DNA from: an uncultured delta proteobacterium | GTDB taxonomy: Bacteria; Desulfobacterota; Binatia; UBA9968 | Length of the DNA stretch: 64,000 nt | Assembly (NCBI GenBank): GCA_963745835.1 | Contig: CAVUZH010000001.1 | Span: forward strand, 32,001 to 96,000 | Reading direction: 5' to 3' | Shown: piece after piece, positions 23,084 to 34,388 of the stretch | Layout: each line of letters begins with the position of its first letter | How positions within the stretch are numbered: position 1 is the stretch's first letter | Program-made: the position numbers and the translations under genes | Notes under the pieces: model-generated | Database searches by the model: none | Told to the model about the DNA's origin: nothing | Seen by the model: only the letters and a program-made list of their open reading frames with translations

Positions 23084-25598
23084 ATGCGCGGCGAGATTGT
23101 TGTCAGCGGAGCGCGAGTCCATAACCTTCAAAATGTCGACCTTAAGATTCCGCGTGAGCAATTAGTCGTTATCACCGGAGTTTCCGGTTCAGGAAAATCG
23201 TCCTTAGCCTTCGATACACTTTACGCTGAGGGCCAGCGCCGCTACATCGAATCGCTACCTGTCAACCATCGTCAATTACTTCAGCAGCTCGACAAGCCCG
23301 ACGTCGACTTTATCGACGGACTTTCTCCCGCCATCGCGCTTCAACAAAGACCATCAAGCTTTGGCCCGCGCTCGACGGTAGGAACAATGAGCGAGGTGCA
23401 AGATTTTTTGCGGCTGCTGTTCACTCGTGTCGGCCAGCCGTTTTGCATTCAGTGCGGCGCACGAATCTCGGTGCAGACTACAGAGCAAATAGTCGATCAA
23501 CTTCTGGCCCTCCCGCCGGGCGCGCGCATCGTTCTGATGGCGCCGATTGCCGGCGCAAGAAAACTGAATGCCAACAAACTGCTTCGCGAGTTTGCCCGTC
23601 AGGGCTTCACCCGCGTCAAGATTGACGGCCGATTGCACGAGCTTGAAGAAGAGACTCACCTGGAAGCAGGCCGGGCTTACCAGATCGACTTGGTGATTGA
23701 CCGCTTGACGATTAAAGAAGGCGATGGAAAAGCGCCTAGCGGATTCGCTTGAAATAGCTTCTCGTGTCGGCCAGCACGTTATAAAGATCGAAGTGCAGGC
23801 AGGAGACGGCGCCGATCAAAGAATTACGTTTCAGCCAAAAGTTTGCCTGTGCTGAATGCGGCAGTTCTTTTCCGGAGATTGTTCCGAGCCTGTTTTCATT
23901 TAATAGTCCTAATGGCGCCTGTCCGGTCTGTGCGTGGGTTGGGTAGTTTGGAGCAGACGGGTCGAAAATCAAAAGCCGCTCCTGAGGCCAGTGATATTGT
24001 GATGTGTAAAGCATGCAACGGCGCTCGTCTGAAGAAAGAAAGCTTGGCGGTCCGGATTGACGGCAAAAATATCGCTCAGTTGGCCGCATTGCCCATAAAC
24101 GAGGCGATCCAGTATTTCGATGCCCTCCAGTTCCCAACCCCGGGAGCAGATCACTGCCGGCAAAATACTCGCGGAGATCATCCCGCGGCTTCGGCTTTTG
24201 GCGCAACTCGGACTTGATTACCTGACCTTGGATCGCTCATCGACCACCCTGTCGGGCGGCGAATTGCAAAGGGTCCGCTTGGCCAAGCAAATTGGCTCAA
24301 AGTTGTCAGGGGTCCTCTATATCTTTGACGAGCCGAGCATTGGGCTGCACCAAAAAGACAATGCACAACTGCTGCAGCTTTTACAGGAGCTTCGTGGTGC
24401 CGGCAATTCCATCTTGATCGTGGAGCATGATCCGGAAACTATTCTCAGCGCCGACTATGTCATCGATATGGGACCGGGCGCGGGAACTAAAGGCGGCCGG
24501 ATCGTCGCGACTGGATCACCCGAGGAGCTCATGGCCCAGCCGCACTCGCTCACCGGTCAGTATTTATCCGGACGTCGAAAAATCACCATTCCAGCTTTGC
24601 GCCGAAAAGGTTCAGGCGAGTTTGTAATCTTAAAAGGGGCGCGACAAAACAATCTGCAGGACATTACGGTTGAAATCCCGCTGGGCGTGGTGACTTGTGT
24701 CACCGGAGTTTCGGGTTCCGGGAAGAGCACCTTAGTGATGGATGTCCTTTATCATGAAGTTTCCCGACGCTTGCGGCGATTGCGCGTGAGGACCGGAGCC
24801 TTGGATGATTTGATCGGCTGGCAGCATTTCGATCGGGTGATCGGCGTCGATCAAGCTCCGATAGGCAGGACCTCACGCTCCAATCCAGCCACGTACGCGG
24901 GAATCTATGATCCGATTCGCGATCTTTTCGCGCAACTGCCAGAGTCGCGAGTAAGAGGTTATCAGCCTAACCGGTTCTCATTTAACACCATCGGAGGCCG
25001 ATGCGAAGCTTGTGGCGGCGAAGGCCTGATGCGCATCGAGATGTATTTTCTGGCCGATGTTTTTGCTACCTGCGATATCTGCAAAGGCCGTCGCTTTAAC
25101 CGAGAAACCCTCGAGATTAAATACAAAGGGCATAGCATTGCGGATGTTCTGGAATTAACGGTAATTCAGGCTCTGGATTTATTCGCTCACATACCGGCTA
25201 TCGCCGAGCGGCTTCATACATTAGTTGGCGTGGGCTTGGGTTATATTCAGCTCGGCCAGGCAGCTCAGACCCTTTCGGGTGGCGAGTCGCAGCGTCTCAA
25301 GCTGGCTAAGGAGCTGGCGCGACGGTCGAGCGGCCGATCTCTCTACGTTCTGGATGAACCCACTTCGGGACTTCATTTTGCGGATATCGAGCAACTCTTA
25401 GAACTACTGCATCGTTTGACCGACGCGGGTAACACTTTGGTGGTGATTGAACACAATCTGGAAGTCATCAAAAACGCCGATTACGTCATCGATCTAGGGC
25501 CGGGAGCCGGGAAGAGCGGCGGTAGGGTTATAGCGCGTGGGACGCCAGAAGATGTTGCCGCGGTATCCTCATCGCACACCGGCCGCTATTTGGCGTAA
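23084..25598 (+). CDS. uvrA: Excinuclease ABC subunit A (short form), several apparent frameshifts at 23720-24140
   Basis: [41 protein letters not shown], second [12 protein letters not shown], Zn-finger [22 protein letters not shown]. Confidence 0.92.
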
Positions 25599-25681
25599 GC
25601 TGCTAACCAGCTAGAACTTCCGCGCCATTTAACGAGCCTCCCGGCGGGTTTCTGCTCGAGCTAAAATCCCCGATCACTCCA

Positions 25682-25736
25682 TTGACTGAGAGTACCCGAT
25701 TAGTTATCTTTAAATCAGACCAAACTAGTGGGATAA
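25682..25736 (+). promoter_or_regulatory. Sigma70-type promoter of the Fe-S operon with a possible Rrf2/IscR-type site
   Basis: TTGACT (25682)-N17-TATCTT (25705), followed by ATCAGACCAAACTAGTGGGAT resembling IscR type-1 boxes. Confidence 0.55.
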
Positions 25737-25763
25737 GCTGACTACTGGGCCCCGTGATTTCCT

Positions 25764-26990
25764 ATGAAACTGCCTATTTACATGGACAATCATGCCACGA
25801 CACCGGTGGACCCAAGGGTCATCGAGACGATGTTGCCGTTTTTCACAGAGAAGTTCGGCAACGCTTCAAGCCGTAATCACGTGTTCGGTTGGGACAGTGA
25901 AGCGGCAGTAGACCGGGCGCGCGAACAGGTCGCCTCTTTGATTCATGCGGCATCGCCACGGGAGATAGTTTTTACCAGCGGTGCCACGGAGTCGGACAAT
26001 ATTGCGATCAAAGGGATCGCCGAAGCATATGCCGGGAAGGGCAACCACATCGTTACCTGTGCAATCGAACACAAGGCGGTGCTGGACAGTTGCAAGAGTC
26101 TGGAGAGAAAAGGTTATCGAGTGACCTATTTGCCGGTGCGGGTAAACGGCTTGATCGATCTGGATAGACTGCGGAATGCTCTTACCGATAAGACGATTCT
26201 CATCTCGATAATGGCTGCCAATAATGAGATCGGCACTATTGAACCGGTGAGGGAGATCGGCCAAATAGCTAAGGAAAAGGGAATTTTGTTTCATACGGAT
26301 GCGACTCAGGCGGTGGGCAAGATTCCACTGAATGTCGAAGAGATGGGCATCGATCTGCTTTCGCTTACCGGGCACAAGATCTACGGCCCCAAGGGCGTCG
26401 GAGCACTGTACGTCCGATCATCGAAGCCGCGGGTTAAGCTCAATCCGCTGATCGAAGGCGGCGGGCAGGAACGGGGTCTCCGGTCAGGCACCCTCAATGT
26501 TCCGGGGATTGTCGGGCTTGGTAAGGCTTGTGAGATTGCGCAAGAAGATATGAAGGCCGACGGTGAGCGTCTGACCGGATTGGGTCAGCGATTGAAGGCC
26601 CAGATCATCGGCCAGCTCAACGAGGTAAGTGTCAATGGTGATTCGCTAAAGCGACTGCCTGGGAACTTGCACTTGAGCTTTGCCTATATAGAGGGTGAAT
26701 CGTTGTTGATGGGGCTTAAGGATATTGCGGTCTCAACCGGTTCCGCGTGCACTTCAGCAAGCCTGGAACCTTCCCACGTCTTGCGTGCGATTGGCTTGGA
26801 GGAGCATTTGGCCCATTCTTCGATTCGTTTTGGTTTAGGCCGGTTTAATACCGAAGAAGAAGTAGATTACACGGCGCGCCGGGTGGTTGAGGAAGTGCGC
26901 CGGTTGCGGGAGCTATCGCCAATTCTCCGCGCCAGAAAAGCGAAAATGAAAGGCCAGGCGAATTCCCACTCACAGGAGAGTGCCTCCTAG
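25764..26990 (+). CDS. iscS: Cysteine desulfurase IscS
   Basis: [40 protein letters not shown]. Confidence 0.96.
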   Translation: MKLPIYMDNHATTPVDPRVIETMLPFFTEKFGNASSRNHVFGWDSEAAVDRAREQVASLIHAASPREIVFTSGATESDNIAIKGIAEAYAGKGNHIVTCAIEHKAVLDSCKSLERKGYRVTYLPVRVNGLIDLDRLRNALTDKTILISIMAANNEIGTIEPVREIGQIAKEKGILFHTDATQAVGKIPLNVEEMGIDLLSLTGHKIYGPKGVGALYVRSSKPRVKLNPLIEGGGQERGLRSGTLNVPGIVGLGKACEIAQEDMKADGERLTGLGQRLKAQIIGQLNEVSVNGDSLKRLPGNLHLSFAYIEGESLLMGLKDIAVSTGSACTSASLEPSHVLRAIGLEEHLAHSSIRFGLGRFNTEEEVDYTARRVVEEVRRLRELSPILRARKAKMKGQANSHSQESAS

Positions 26991-27016
26991 TCGATCTAGA
27001 GAGGAGAAATGGATGT

Positions 27017-27346
27017 ATGGCTGCAGGAATTAGTGTTACCGATCGTGCAGCGGCACGTATTAAAGAATTGGTCAGTGCCGAAAACCGTCAAGGGCAAGGG
27101 CTCAGAGTCAAAGTCGTTGGCGGCGGCTGCTCCGGACTTCAATATAAGGTAGATTTCGATATCCCCAAGGGCTCCGATAAGATCTTTGAGAAAGATGGAG
27201 CAAAGGTGCTGGTCGACATGAAGAGCCTGCTTTACCTCACCGGCACAGAGCTCGACTATAAAGAAGAATTGATGCAATCAGGATTTGTTTTTCAAAATCC
27301 CAATGTCAAAAAGGCCTGCGGTTGCGGCGCCTCTTTTACAGTTTGA
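27017..27346 (+). CDS. iscA: A-type Fe-S carrier (IscA/HesB)
   Basis: GGGCSGLQY and NPNVKKACGCGASF. Confidence 0.95.
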   Translation: MAAGISVTDRAAARIKELVSAENRQGQGLRVKVVGGGCSGLQYKVDFDIPKGSDKIFEKDGAKVLVDMKSLLYLTGTELDYKEELMQSGFVFQNPNVKKACGCGASFTV

Positions 27347-27382
27347 AGCGTAAATAATGGTGGTTGTACAGGAAATTCTATT

Positions 27383-28845
27383 ATGAAAAGCGCTAACGAC
27401 ACGCTAGAGGAACTAGCCGGGCGCGAGTATAAGTACGGGTTCATCACCGACATCGAGTCCGATACCGTACCACCAGGTTTAAATGAAGATATCATCCGGG
27501 TAATTTCGGCAAAGAAAAATGAACCCGAATTCATGTTGGAGTGGCGCCTAAAAGCATACCGGCACTGGGCTAAATTAGAGAAAACACAGGCCGAACCGAA
27601 ATGGGCGATGGTTCATTACCCGTCCATAGATTATCAGTCGATAAGCTATTATTCAGCGCCAAAAAACAAAGGCGATGCTCCGAAGAGTTTGGCGGAAGTG
27701 GATCCCGAGCTTCTGAATACTTATGAAAAACTCGGTATTCCGCTGCGGGAGCAGGAGCGTCTTGCCGGGGTTGCAGTGGACGCAGTGTTTGACAGTGTTT
27801 CTGTGGCGACGACTTTCAAGGGAAAATTGGCCGAGATGGGGGTGATCTTCTGCTCTTTCTCAGAGGCTCTGCAGAACCACCCGGACTTGGTTCAGAAGTA
27901 TCTAGGGTCGGTGGTTCCCTACACAGACAACTTTTTTGCCGCTCTGAATTCCGCCGTTTTCAGCGATGGTTCATTTTGTTATATCCCGAAGGGCGTGCGC
28001 TGCCCGATGGAACTGTCGACCTACTTCCGAATTAACGCCGCCGAGACCGGGCAGTTCGAGCGGACTCTGATCATTGCCGAGGAGCGAGCGTCAGTGAGCT
28101 ATCTTGAAGGTTGCACGGCGCCCATGCGCGATAAAAATCAATTCCACGCAGCGGTGGTTGAGTTAGTGGCTCACGATGATGCTCAGATCAAATATTCAAC
28201 AGTTCAGAACTGGTATCCGGGCGATGCGCAAGGGCCGCGGCGGTATTTACAATTTCGTCACTAAGCGTGGCAAATGCCTTGGGAAGCGTTCGAAAATTTC
28301 ATGGACTCAGGTGGAGACGGGATCGGCGATTACCTGGAAATATCCAAGCTGCTTGCTTCAGGGCGATGATTCGGTAGGGGAATTTTATTCCGTCGCCTTG
28401 ACCAATAACTATCAGCAAGCCGATACCGGCACCAAGATGATTCACATCGGTAAAAACACCAAGAGCACAATCGTATCAAAAGGTATTTCCGCGGGCCACG
28501 GACAAAATACCTACCGCGGGCTTGGTTAAGATAATGAAAGGAGCGACCGGCGCGCGGAACTATTCGCAATGTGATTCGTTATTGCTCGGGGATAAATGCG
28601 GCGCGCATACCTTTCCTTACTTGGAAGTTCTGAATAGCACGTCGCAAGTGGAGCATGAAGCATCCACCTCAAAAATCGGCGAGGATCAGCTTTTTTATTG
28701 CCGGCAGCGAGGGATCTCTACCGAAGATGCGGTCAATTTGATTGTCAGCGGATTTTGCAAGCAGGTATTCCGCGAATTGCCGATGGAGTTTGCGGTAGAA
28801 GCTCAAAAGCTTCTGGGCGTCAGCCTGGAAGGAAGCGTTGGTTGA
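27383..28845 (+). CDS. sufB: Fe-S assembly protein SufB, two apparent frameshifts near 28232 and 28522
   Basis: [58 protein letters not shown] end. Confidence 0.94.
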
Positions 28846-28869
28846 TAGCAGCCGCTCGGTGGGTGAACG

Positions 28870-30101
28870 ATGACGAGCGAGATATACTTCGATAATAACG
28901 CGACGACCCGGGTAAGGCCCGAGGTCTTTGAGGCGATGGCGCCGTATTATGCGGAGTCTCTATGGCAACCCTTCGAGCATCCATCGTTTCGGCAGCCAAG
29001 TCAGCCAGCGCCTTAGCGAAGCCCGAGTACAAGTCGCAAGTTTGATCGGCGCCGCCGATCCTGTGGAGGTGATTTTCACCAGCTGCGGTACTGAGGGGGA
29101 TAATGCTGCAATTCGCGGCTTGCTTGAGATGCGGCCCGAAAAGCGCCAGATCATCACTACTCATGTCGAACATCCGGCGATTCTGGGTCTGTGCCAGCAC
29201 CTCGAGAAGAAAGGCTACCGAGTCACTTGGCTTGGTGTGGACCAGGACGGAATGCTGGATTTGGATGAACTGCGCCAGGCCTTAACCGACGAGACCGCGC
29301 TGGTCTCGATAATGTTTGCCAACAACGAAACCGGCGTAATCTTTCCGATTGAGCAAATCGGCGAGATCGTAAAGAGCAAGGGAGTTCCGTTTCACGTCGA
29401 TGCCGTGCAGGCGGCGGGCAAGCTGGCTATCGATGTAAAGAATAGTCCTGTCGATCTTATGACCCTATCGGCGCATAAATTTCATGGGCCCAAGGGCGTT
29501 GGTGCTCTTTACGTTCGGCGCGGCATGACCTTTCCGCCGTTTATCATCGGTGGACATCAGGAGCGCAGCCGGCGGGCCGGAACGGAAAATGTTGCCGGTA
29601 TTGTCGGCATGGGCAAAGCGGCGGAATTGGCTCTGAGAAATCAGAAGGAAGATTACGGCAACGGATTGGCGCTTTGCGCGATCATCTTGCAGAATTCGTT
29701 GCTCGAGTCCTGTCCCAGCGCCCGGGTCAATGGCGACAAAGTAAAACGAGCTGCCCAATACCTTGAACATCAGTTTCCGGTATTTGGAAGGGGAATCCAT
29801 TTTGGTTCTGCTCGATCAACATGGTATTTGCGCCTCAACCGGTTCTGCCTGTACCGCCGGCTCCTCCGAGCCGTCACATGTTCTGCGTGCGATGAGGACT
29901 TCCGGCCGACTGGCTGCAAGGCGCGATTCGGTTTAGCCTTAGCCGGTTTAATACAGCAGACGAGGTTCGATTTGTCAATGAAAAGATGCCTCCATCGTCA
30001 AAAGGTTAGAGGGACTGTCTGCATTGGGTAAATTGGCCGTCGAACAACGGAATCAGACGCCAGGCTCAGACAACTCCAGCGGCATCGGAGCAAGGGGGTA
30101 G
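28870..30101 (+). CDS. nifS: Second cysteine desulfurase (NifS-like), several apparent frameshifts
   Basis: [43 protein letters not shown]; [18 protein letters not shown] in another frame. Confidence 0.85.
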
Positions 30102-30114
30102 CCGATGAGCTCTG

Positions 30115-30528
30115 ATGCAGATTCCTCGACGAGTGGACTATGGGTTGCGCGCGATTATTTATCTCTCCACCCAGGATCCAGAGAAATGCTGCTCAATTGC
30201 GGAGATTGCCCGGCAACAGAATGTGCCCAAAAAGTTTTTGGAGAAAATCATTCAAGATCTTATGCGCCGCGGGTTGATCAGATCTAAACGTGGCGCGTGC
30301 GGTGGATATACACTCGCCCGGTTGCCGGATCAGATATCGTTTTATGACGTGATTGAGGCGCTTGAAGGGCCAATCGCCGTCAATGCATGTATGAATGAGG
30401 AGCTCAGCTGCGATCAGCTGCCCCGCTGCGCTATGGTGGGAGTTTGGAGCGAAATTCAACAGAAGGTGACGGAGGTGTTTACCCGAACAACTTTAGCGGA
30501 TTTGACGGCGTACTCCGTGTCGGGATAA
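30115..30528 (+). CDS. Rrf2-family regulator (IscR-like)
   Basis: DYGLRA, FLEKI, SKRGACGGY wing and C-x5-C-x5-C cluster ligands. Confidence 0.92.
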   Translation: MQIPRRVDYGLRAIIYLSTQDPEKCCSIAEIARQQNVPKKFLEKIIQDLMRRGLIRSKRGACGGYTLARLPDQISFYDVIEALEGPIAVNACMNEELSCDQLPRCAMVGVWSEIQQKVTEVFTRTTLADLTAYSVSG

Positions 30529-30620
30529 TCCTGAGCGTCTCTTCTCTCTCAAGCGCGGCGTAATCAGGATCCCAAACTTGGACATGGCGGCAGGCCGTAA
30601 CCTAAAGGGAGGTGATAGTT

Positions 30621-31079
30621 ATGAGCTATGATACCGGACTGAGCATGGAGGAAAGGGTGACTTCGCTGTTCCAGCCGGACACACTGATGCCAGAACAGTA
30701 TCTGGAAACTTTCCGCCGGAAGCTTCATCTCGAGCCCGAGAAGAAACTCTTGCTCGCGGTTCTTGAGGACGCCATTGCTTGTTTTCAGAAGTACCTCTTA
30801 GCCAAGGACGGTAAGGGGAGAGTTCTATTTCTCGAAGCCGAGGAATGGATCTTGGACGAAGATACCGATTGGCTTTTCTCATTTGCAAACGTTTGCGAGA
30901 TGCTCGGTTTCGAGCCTAGTTATCTTCGCGACGGGCTGATGCACTGGAAAGCCGACAAGCTCGAGAGTCATTCCAAGGCCAAAATCTATCAAATCGCCGC
31001 ACGAACAACTCGTCGAAAAAGAGAAGTTTCAGCCTCGCGCAGATCGACTCAGCGAATGCGTAAAGCCGCAAGCCGTTAG
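30621..31079 (+). CDS. Hypothetical protein with basic C-terminal tail
   Basis: GGGAGG RBS; protein-like core (EKKLLLAVLEDAI...FSFANVCEMLG); own terminator. Confidence 0.8.
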   Translation: MSYDTGLSMEERVTSLFQPDTLMPEQYLETFRRKLHLEPEKKLLLAVLEDAIACFQKYLLAKDGKGRVLFLEAEEWILDEDTDWLFSFANVCEMLGFEPSYLRDGLMHWKADKLESHSKAKIYQIAARTTRRKREVSASRRSTQRMRKAASR

Positions 31080-31102
31080 CGGCTTCAATAAGTTGGTATT
31101 TT

Positions 31103-31140
31103 AAGGCGGTGAATGCCTGGGGCGTTCACCGCCTTTTTTT
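31103..31140 (+). terminator. Intrinsic terminator
   Basis: AAGGCGGTGAATGCC-TGG-GGCGTTCACCGCC followed by T7. Confidence 0.9.
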
Positions 31141-31179
31141 GGCTTGCAAAGCTGTGAAAACGCATTCATAACTCTTCCC

Positions 31180-32184
31180 ATGAAGGGGCGACGATCAAAA
31201 AACAGTTCGGCTCTAAACCGATTTTTCCATCGCCTGAGATATGGACTTGGCGCTTATGCTTTGCGTGTCTTCATTCTCGTACTCGGTCGGTTGCCGGATC
31301 ATATGGTGGTTTCCGCTGCAACTTTTTGGGCTTGGATCACGCATAAGCTTCTGTGGAGATATCGGATTCGGATGGAGGAGAATATTGCTACTGTGGCCGG
31401 CGATCGTTTTCCCGACGGAGCGCAACGGAAGGCAATGGTGTGGCGCATTTGGAAGAACTTTTTGCTCGGGCTCTTTGAAGCCGGTGCCTCAATTGTTTCT
31501 CCAAAGGAAGCAATCATTGCAAAAATCCGAGTTGAAGGCGAACAACATTTGCGCGATGCTCTGGTGCGAAGAAAAGGCGTGCTTGCTTTAAGTGCCCACT
31601 TGGGCAATTTCGCTATGATCGGTGCCCGATTGGCTGCGGCGGGTTATCCGTTCAGTGTTGTAGTGAAACACCCCAGCGACGAGCAATTCGCACAGCTAAT
31701 CACCAAATACCGGGCGCAAGTAGGAATTGACACGATCTCGGCCAAGCCACGGCGGGAAGCGGCGCGTCGCATTCTCCAAGCGCTGCGCGACAATCGGATC
31801 GTACTGGTCGTTGCCGATGAGTTCAAATCCGGCGACATCACGGTTGAATTTATGGGGCAAAACTTACCCGCGCCGCGAGGTCCGGCGACTCTGGCATTGC
31901 GCACCGGCGCGGTAACCTTGCCTATGTTTGCCGCCCGCCAGCCCGATGGCTCTATCGTTCTTGCGATTGGCCGCGCCATTAAAGCAGTGCATGGAGAGAG
32001 CCTGGAGGAAACGATCACGGCAACCACGGCGCTATATACGCGCCATCTTGAGGAAGTTATTCTCCGTTATCCCGATCAGTGGAGTTGGCTCGGCTTTCCG
32101 CGAAAACGCAGAGTCGTGGGCTCCGAGATGTTGAATTTACGAGCATCGACAAGCGACGTAAATGTCAGTCGTGGAGCGTCGTAA
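31180..32184 (+). CDS. LpxL/HtrB-family lipid acyltransferase
   Basis: GVLALSAHLGNF, GPATLALRTGA, YPDQWSW. Confidence 0.85.
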   Translation: MKGRRSKNSSALNRFFHRLRYGLGAYALRVFILVLGRLPDHMVVSAATFWAWITHKLLWRYRIRMEENIATVAGDRFPDGAQRKAMVWRIWKNFLLGLFEAGASIVSPKEAIIAKIRVEGEQHLRDALVRRKGVLALSAHLGNFAMIGARLAAAGYPFSVVVKHPSDEQFAQLITKYRAQVGIDTISAKPRREAARRILQALRDNRIVLVVADEFKSGDITVEFMGQNLPAPRGPATLALRTGAVTLPMFAARQPDGSIVLAIGRAIKAVHGESLEETITATTALYTRHLEEVILRYPDQWSWLGFPRKRRVVGSEMLNLRASTSDVNVSRGAS

Positions 32185-32210
32185 TTGCTTGGCGGTCGAT
32201 GAGCGGGAGA

Positions 32211-32813
32211 TCATACTTTGGAGTCGAAGCCAGGACTCAATATCGCTTTGTTCTCGGTTCGCTCCAGGTAGCGCATGAACAGATACTTGTTCTCTAGTTC
32301 GTCAAGCTTCAACGACGGCAAGGTTTTCGGCTGTCCGGGATCCACCTTAACCGCAATCAAGGTGAGGCGGTTACCCTGCCATGCCTCGAGAAATTCCGCT
32401 CTAAACTCCTCCGGCGTACGGACCCAGCAGGCATGTGGATATCCCGCTCCTTGGGCCAGTGACACGGCATCGGCAACGTGAGAAGCGGTTGCGGTACCGC
32501 CCGAGGCTTCATAAACCCCGTTATCGAAAAGCAGATGGATCAGATTGGGCGGATTTTGTAGAGCAATCGTTGGCAGTCCGCACAGATTCATCAGAAAAGC
32601 ACCATCCCCGTCAATTGCGATCACTTTGCGATGCGGCAATGCCAAGGCGAGGCCGGCGGCGATCGAAGAGACTAACCCTAATGTGCGTGTTTTGAGATTG
32701 CCATCGCTGGGTTTAATCGCCCACCACTCCCGCGCTCCCCACCCCGTGCACACCGTCAACGCGTCGCCGGTGTCGCCGCCAATAGCCTTTAGATAATCGT
32801 AGCGTTGCATCAT
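32211..32813 (-). CDS. TPP-dependent decarboxylase beta subunit (ComE / phosphonopyruvate decarboxylase-like)
   Basis: TPP motif DGDGAFLMN...FDNG; coupled to the alpha subunit. Confidence 0.85.
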   Translation of the reverse strand: MMQRYDYLKAIGGDTGDALTVCTGWGAREWWAIKPSDGNLKTRTLGLVSSIAAGLALALPHRKVIAIDGDGAFLMNLCGLPTIALQNPPNLIHLLFDNGVYEASGGTATASHVADAVSLAQGAGYPHACWVRTPEEFRAEFLEAWQGNRLTLIAVKVDPGQPKTLPSLKLDELENKYLFMRYLERTENKAILSPGFDSKV

Positions 32814-33322
32814 TTCACTCCCAGCACGCTCTTCGTTAAGAGCACTGCAACCGGTCTCTTCGAATCCTCGGCGAGGACTTCCGCGCCGGTGACGGTTTCG
32901 TCGATCTCGTCAGACCGGCGCAGGATGTATGAGCGAATGCCCAAAGCCTGAAGCACCGGCTCGGTGACCGCGCCCAGAGTGGTAAAGCCGCGATCGCCGA
33001 TATCGCCGGCATAGTAAATCAACAGCACAATCGGTATCTGAAACTGCAAACAAGTGGTGGTCAAGGCATTGCAACTGTTCAAGAAGCCGGCATTCTGCAT
33101 GATTATGGCGGTTTTCCGCCCAGCCAGATAAGCGCCGGCACAGATGCCGATACCCTCTTCCTCGCGGCACAGCGGAATGTGCCGAAGCTCTGGATCGCTT
33201 TCTACCGTCCGAATCACTTCAAGCATCTTTTCATCCGGCAAGGTGGCGACGAAATCAATGCCCGCTTTCTTGAGTCCACCGACAATTGCCAGCGCAGATC
33301 GTTTAGAATCCATTTTTTCCAT
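32810..33322 (-). CDS. TPP-dependent decarboxylase alpha subunit (ComD-like)
   Basis: REEEGIGICAGAYLAG and MQNAGFLNSCN. Confidence 0.85.
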   Translation of the reverse strand: MEKMDSKRSALAIVGGLKKAGIDFVATLPDEKMLEVIRTVESDPELRHIPLCREEEGIGICAGAYLAGRKTAIIMQNAGFLNSCNALTTTCLQFQIPIVLLIYYAGDIGDRGFTTLGAVTEPVLQALGIRSYILRRSDEIDETVTGAEVLAEDSKRPVAVLLTKSVLGVK

Positions 33323-33466
33323 CAAACGAGACCTCTTTGATTAGAGAGAGTGAGTGCAGCCGATTGTCAATCATGTAGCCGGATCTATGAACAGTGAGCT
33401 ACACCGGGACGAGATACTGCGTGTCCTCAACCTTGTCAAGCTGGCGGCAAATTGCCCCAACCTGCC

Positions 33467-33494
33467 TTGACACAACCGAAGCAGTGCCTATAGT
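33467..33494 (+). promoter_or_regulatory. Sigma70-type promoter upstream of pcm
   Basis: TTGACA-N16-TATAGT. Confidence 0.5.
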
Positions 33495-33626
33495 GAAATC
33501 GCCTCTTTGAAACGTCAAGCCTGCGAGCAGTGCGTCGCGGTAGCACTCAAAGCACGTGTCTTGTCGATCTTGCAGCTTCCTCGATTTTGCCCCCGACGCA
33601 ACGACGTGGATGAGGAGTGTCGTTGT

Positions 33627-34388
33627 ATGGCAGTGAGAAAGCTTAAACCCCGATCTTCTGTCGGCCTTTACTGCCTCTGCTTCTTATTCGTCGCTTCGTC
33701 GTTTTTAATGCTCGGACCCGCGGATTCAGCGCCGGGCGAAGATCCAGAAACGATCTTTCGCGAAGCGCGTCGGACCATGATCGAACGGGACATCGCCCGG
33801 CGCGGCATCAAAGACCAGCGGCTCCTTCGGGTAATGGCAACTCTGCCGCGCCATCTGTTCGTACCGGAAGAAATGCGCTCCTCCGCCTACCACGACCGGC
33901 CGCTGCCGATTGGCGCTGGACAAACCATCTCCCAGCCGTACATCGTAGCATTCATGACCGAGCTACTGGAACTCAAAGGAGGCGAACGAGTTCTGGAAAT
34001 TGGCACCGGCTCAGGCTATCAAGCGGCGGTGCTTGCGGCCTTAGTGGAAGAAGTCTTCTCAGTGGAGATTCGTGCCGAGTTGAGCGCTCGGGCCGAAAGG
34101 ACTCTTAAACAGCTGGGTATTCAAAATGTAAAATTAAGAGTCGGTAATGGTTTTCACGGATGGGCAGAGGAGGCACCGTTCGATGCCATTATGATTACTG
34201 CGGCGGCACCCAAAATTCCTTCGCCTCTCTGGAATCAGCTTCGTGAGGGCGGCGTCTTAATTATGCCGTTAGGTAAGGAAGGGCATACCCAGCAATTAAT
34301 TCGCGCCAGAAAGATCGGCGGCCGACAGGTCATAGAAGAGCACAGCGCGGTTATTTTCGTACCGTTGACGGGCGGGACTCAGCAGTAG
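33627..34388 (+). CDS. pcm: Protein-L-isoaspartate O-methyltransferase with hydrophobic N-terminus
   Basis: GAGGAG RBS; GQTISQPYIVA, VLEIGTGSGYQAA, APFDAI, FVPL. Confidence 0.93.
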   Translation: MAVRKLKPRSSVGLYCLCFLFVASSFLMLGPADSAPGEDPETIFREARRTMIERDIARRGIKDQRLLRVMATLPRHLFVPEEMRSSAYHDRPLPIGAGQTISQPYIVAFMTELLELKGGERVLEIGTGSGYQAAVLAALVEEVFSVEIRAELSARAERTLKQLGIQNVKLRVGNGFHGWAEEAPFDAIMITAAAPKIPSPLWNQLREGGVLIMPLGKEGHTQQLIRARKIGGRQVIEEHSAVIFVPLTGGTQQ

